In this document: positions 60,526-64,000 of the stretch, piece after piece
Numbering within the stretch: the stretch's first letter is position 1
Layout: every line of letters begins with the position of its first letter
DNA from: Actinomycetota bacterium
GTDB taxonomy: Bacteria > Actinomycetota > Actinomycetes > Actinomycetales > Microbacteriaceae
Assembly (NCBI GenBank): GCA_009698805.1
Contig: WLPL01000002.1
Coordinates: forward strand, 305-64,304
DNA length: 64,000 bases
Direction of reading: 5' to 3'
Made by a program: the position numbers and the translations under genes
The notes under the pieces: generated by a model
Seen by the model: the letters and a program-made list of their open reading frames with translations, nothing else
Told to the model about the DNA's origin: nothing
The model's database searches: none

Positions 60526-62367
60526 CTACTGGGTGCAAGAAACGTAGATCGTGATTGCCGAACCCGCTGCCACGTTTCCGGCCGGAATCGACTGCTGAAG
60601 AACTATGACGCCGAGAGGCGCGGCACCACCCGCGCACGGTTGTTGTGAACTGGTGGTAACTGTGAGCGCAACGTCTGGGCCTTCGAGGATACGAAGGGCG
60701 TCGCTGAGATTCTTGTTCACCACGTCTGGCACAGTCACTAGACCGCTAGAGATCAGAAGGTTCACAACCGAGCCTTGAGCCACCTGGCTGCCACGCACGG
60801 GATCGGTTGAAAGAACCGCACCCTTCGCGACACTGGCGCTGTTGCCCTCGGTGATTGTGCCTAGTGTCAGCTTCGCGTTTTCGAGAGCGATTTGCGCTTC
60901 AGCCTCAGTCATGCCGGCGAGGTCCGGAACCGCGACTTGCGTCTTACCTGAGGAAACATAGAGAATCACCATCGTGCCCTCGGCGACCTTGGTTCCGGCA
61001 GGCGGGTCGGTGCGAATGACCGAGTCTGCATCGACCGTGGCGCTCGTCTCAAACTGCTCTGAAACCACGAGCTTCTGGCCTTCGAGTAGGGCTTTGGCTG
61101 CGTCATAGGTGAGGCCGGTGACTGCCGCAACAGGGGTTCCACCCTCTGATGGGTGAAAGTTCAGGACTCCGCCGCCGCCGAAAGCGAGAAGCCAAACCAG
61201 CAAGCCAACCAGGACGACGCTGACGCCTGAACCGATGCCCCAGAGCAAGCCCGGTGATGGTCGCTGACTCGGGTTGCTTTTTTTGGCAGGCTTTGGTGAA
61301 TCTTCGTTGTCTATGTCTTCGAATTCGACACCAATGGTCGCAAATGGGTTGGTGTCGCTCGTCGGGGCGAAGGCTTCGGTGGGTGGCGAGATTGTCTCCT
61401 CCTCCACCGTGGGAGCGGCCTCGGGAACCACGAAGTCTTCAGAGAGCAGCTCTTCGAAGGTCGGCTCTTCTACCGGAGTCTCTTCGACCTGGGTCGGAGC
61501 TGGTGCGGCGGTTGGGTCGAGGCTCGCAGCCAGCAGGCTTTCGCGGAATTCCTCGGCGTTTTGAAACCTGTCGTTGCGATCCTTGGCGAGCGATCGCAAG
61601 ACGACCTGGTCAAGCGCGGCAGAAAGTTCGGGGTTGAATACCGAAGGCGGAGTTACAGCTTCGCTGACGTGCTGGTATGCCACCGATACGGCCGTCTCGC
61701 CGGTGAATGGCGGGCGTCCGGCGAGCATCTCGTAGAGCACGACACCGGTCGAGTAGAGGTCGGTTCGTTTGTCAACCGATTCGCCACGAGCCTGCTCAGG
61801 TGAGAAGTACTGCGCGGTTCCGACGATGCCGGTGGTGTGAGCCTGGGTCGCCGAACCATCGCTGATCGTTCGGGCAATACCAAAGTCCATCACCTTCACC
61901 AATCCGGTGTCGGTGACCATGATGTTCGCCGACTTTATGTCGCGGTGAATTATGCCGGCACGATGTGAAAACTCGAGGGCGGTCAAGATTCCTTCGGCGT
62001 AACCGATGGCCTCTGGCGTGCTGATCTTGCGCTCGTGCATTAGGTCGCGCAACACGGTGCCGCGAACGTATTCCATGACGATGTAAGGAGTGCGTCGCTC
62101 GGTGCCGTTGTCGTCGATGCTTGACTCTTCGCCGGTGTCGTAAACGCGAACGATAGTCGGGTGAGCCATGCGTGCCGAAGCCTGCGCCTCTTCACGGAAG
62201 CGTGACTCGAAGTTTGGGTCGGCGGCCAGGTCGGCCTTCAGGAGCTTGATTGCAACCTTGCGCCCGAGAATGGTGTCGGTGCCCTCATAGACGTCGGCCA
62301 TGCCGCCACGGCCAATCAGGTTACCTAGGGTGTAACGGCCGGCGATTACGCGCTGGTTTTCAGACAA
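60526..62367 (-). CDS. pknB: PASTA-domain Ser/Thr kinase PknB
   Basis: GRGGMA, HRDIKSAN, DFGIAR, GTAQYFSPEQ; TM followed by 3 PASTA repeats. Confidence 0.95.
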   Translation of the reverse strand: MSENQRVIAGRYTLGNLIGRGGMADVYEGTDTILGRKVAIKLLKADLAADPNFESRFREEAQASARMAHPTIVRVYDTGEESSIDDNGTERRTPYIVMEYVRGTVLRDLMHERKISTPEAIGYAEGILTALEFSHRAGIIHRDIKSANIMVTDTGLVKVMDFGIARTISDGSATQAHTTGIVGTAQYFSPEQARGESVDKRTDLYSTGVVLYEMLAGRPPFTGETAVSVAYQHVSEAVTPPSVFNPELSAALDQVVLRSLAKDRNDRFQNAEEFRESLLAASLDPTAAPAPTQVEETPVEEPTFEELLSEDFVVPEAAPTVEEETISPPTEAFAPTSDTNPFATIGVEFEDIDNEDSPKPAKKSNPSQRPSPGLLWGIGSGVSVVLVGLLVWLLAFGGGGVLNFHPSEGGTPVAAVTGLTYDAAKALLEGQKLVVSEQFETSATVDADSVIRTDPPAGTKVAEGTMVILYVSSGKTQVAVPDLAGMTEAEAQIALENAKLTLGTITEGNSASVAKGAVLSTDPVRGSQVAQGSVVNLLISSGLVTVPDVVNKNLSDALRILEGPDVALTVTTSSQQPCAGGAAPLGVIVLQQSIPAGNVAAGSAITIYVSCTQ

Positions 62368-62407
62368 AACTTTGCTCCATCTCTTGGTTCAAGTGTAAAA
62401 CCCGCTC

Positions 62408-63721
62408 TTAACCGTTCGGATTCGTTTGGGGTGTGCCTTCGACGAAATAAGTCAGGTTTATGGTGGTTCCGGCCGGCATCGAGCCGAGCGGGTTCGCCTC
62501 GTAAATCGTGTTGATCTTCGGGTCGCCGGTTAGCAATGGGTCTCCTGGCAAAAGGTTTACCACCAGACCCTTCGCCGAGAGAGCGACCTGCACTTCGTCT
62601 TTGTTTAGGCCAAGGACCTCGCTTGAAAGGACCACGACGGTCGTCGGGGTTGTTGGCGACTCGGTTGGTGTTGGGCTCGGGGATTGGCTCGTTGACTGGC
62701 TTGGGGTCGGGCTTGGGGTTGGCTTCGGCTTTGAAACCATGGCGGCAATCAAAATGGTTGCGGTGATGATTAGGGCAACAATCAAGGCGATCCATGGCCA
62801 AACCAGAGCTGGCTTCGTCTCTTCCTGTTGGTCAATCAGGGTCGTTGCCGTAGCCACCTCAGGCGTCACGGGAATCACGCGAGTGTTTGCCCGACCCTTT
62901 GCTGGTTTTCCGAGAAGCTTCTCTGCCTGCTGGGCCAACTCGAGTGCGCTCGAGATGCGTTCGGCCGGACGCTTTTGCAGGCAAGCGAGAATGAGTTCGC
63001 GAATCGCCGGATCGATCGACTCATCAAGAGGCGGGGGTGGCTCGTTGATCTGGGCCAGGGCAATTGCCATCTGCGTATCACCACTGAACGGACGCTTACC
63101 GCTTATCGCTTCGTAGGCGACCACACCCAGCGAATAGACGTCGGTGGCCGGTGTCGCCGGTTTGCCAGTGGCTTGTTCGGGAGCTAGGTATTGCACCGTG
63201 CCCATTACCTGCCCGGTGGCGGTTAGCGAAACCTGGTCTGCCACTCGAGCGATACCGAAGTCGGTGATTTTGACCTCTCCGCTCGGCGTGATTAATAGGT
63301 TTCCGGGTTTGATGTCGCGGTGAACCAGCCCGGCGTCGTGCGCCTCGTGCAGCGCTCTTGCCGTTTGGGTCATGATGTCGAGTACTCGATTAGGCGCCAG
63401 TGACTTCTCTTTTTCGAGAATCGTTGCGAGCGATTCGCCCGGCACCAATTCCATTACCAAGAAGGCGTGACCCGAATCTTCGCCGTAGTCATAGACGTCG
63501 GCGATACCCTCGTGGCTCACTCTGGCGGCGTGCCTGGCTTCGGTTCTGAAACGCTCAAGAAAGCCGGGGTCGCCCATGTATTCAGGCTTCAAAATCTTGA
63601 TCGCCACGTTGCGCAAGATGATTTCGTCCTGGGCTTCCCAAACCTCACCCATGCCACCTATTGCGATGCGCTTCACCAGCCGGTAACGGCCACCGTAAAC
63701 CTTGTCTACCTCGGGGTTCAT
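62408..63721 (-). CDS. pknA: Ser/Thr kinase PknA
   Basis: ATG 63721 (ATGA overlap with pbpA); [23 protein letters not shown]; TM and PT-rich linker. Confidence 0.93.
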   Translation of the reverse strand: MNPEVDKVYGGRYRLVKRIAIGGMGEVWEAQDEIILRNVAIKILKPEYMGDPGFLERFRTEARHAARVSHEGIADVYDYGEDSGHAFLVMELVPGESLATILEKEKSLAPNRVLDIMTQTARALHEAHDAGLVHRDIKPGNLLITPSGEVKITDFGIARVADQVSLTATGQVMGTVQYLAPEQATGKPATPATDVYSLGVVAYEAISGKRPFSGDTQMAIALAQINEPPPPLDESIDPAIRELILACLQKRPAERISSALELAQQAEKLLGKPAKGRANTRVIPVTPEVATATTLIDQQEETKPALVWPWIALIVALIITATILIAAMVSKPKPTPSPTPSQSTSQSPSPTPTESPTTPTTVVVLSSEVLGLNKDEVQVALSAKGLVVNLLPGDPLLTGDPKINTIYEANPLGSMPAGTTINLTYFVEGTPQTNPNG

Positions 63722-64000
63722 CGGTTCAACACCGCCTGCATCACCTTGCGAGCGATTGGAGCCGCCAACGTGTTGCCACGGCCTGACTGACCCATGCCGC
63801 CGCCGTTGGCGATAACCACCGCGATAGCGACCTTGGGGCTGTTCGCTGGAGCAAAGCCAGTGAACCAAAGCGTGTAAGGAGCGCTGGCGCCGTTTTGCGC
63901 GGTACCCGTCTTGCCGGCGACCTGGACGCCAGGAATCTTTCCGTTGCTGCTAACGCCACTGTTAACCGCCGCAACCATCATGTCTTTCAGCTTGGTTGCG
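63718..64000 (-). CDS. pbpA: Penicillin-binding protein PbpA, 3' end; truncated at window edge
   Basis: VAGKTGTAQ (KTG motif), [15 protein letters not shown]; pbpA-pknA-pknB synteny. Confidence 0.9.
   Translation of the reverse strand, partial: ATKLKDMMVAAVNSGVSSNGKIPGVQVAGKTGTAQNGASAPYTLWFTGFAPANSPKVAIAVVIANGGGMGQSGRGNTLAAPIARKVMQAVLNR

Noticed and set aside
62620-62735. Repetitive sequence in pknA
   Set aside because: It encodes an ordinary Pro/Thr/Ser linker.

Overview
A 64-kb, densely coded chromosomal segment spanning the replication origin of a GC-rich actinobacterium. Protein sequences, gene order and very short intergenic gaps suggest a streamlined Microbacteriaceae member (Rhodoluna/Aquiluna-like; this is inference). 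It carries the standard origin block (jag-yidC-yidD-rnpA-rpmH / dnaA-oriC-dnaN-gnd-recF-dciA-gyrB-gyrA-DUF3566-tRNA-Ile-tRNA-Ala), rsmG-parA-parB with two perfect parS sites, murJ-trxB-trxA, rpsF-ssb-rpsR-rplI, dnaB, purB, a 2-oxoacid dehydrogenase operon, a Zur-boxed Zn ABC operon beside Zn-free L28/L33/S14, hup, the 5' end of dnaK with two HAIR sites, a transporter-rich variable block after tRNA-Ala, and ppiA-rhomboid-crgA-trpG-pknB-pknA-pbpA. I found no prophage, IS, integrase or CRISPR array. The most notable observations are: (1) a second, oriC-like, ~11-bp-phased DnaA-box array upstream of dnaB, ~16 kb from oriC, which shares an exact GACACGCCGA motif with the dnaA upstream region; (2) a WXG-motif microprotein paired with a YxxxE-bearing lipase, resembling type VII secretion substrates; (3) a 50-codon ORF reading through parS out of frame with parA; (4) an inverted repeat enclosing the gyrB -10 element; (5) an in-frame amber codon splitting a DUF4190 gene; and (6) back-to-back leaderless promoters. 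These are hypotheses. Most of the window is ordinary housekeeping sequence.
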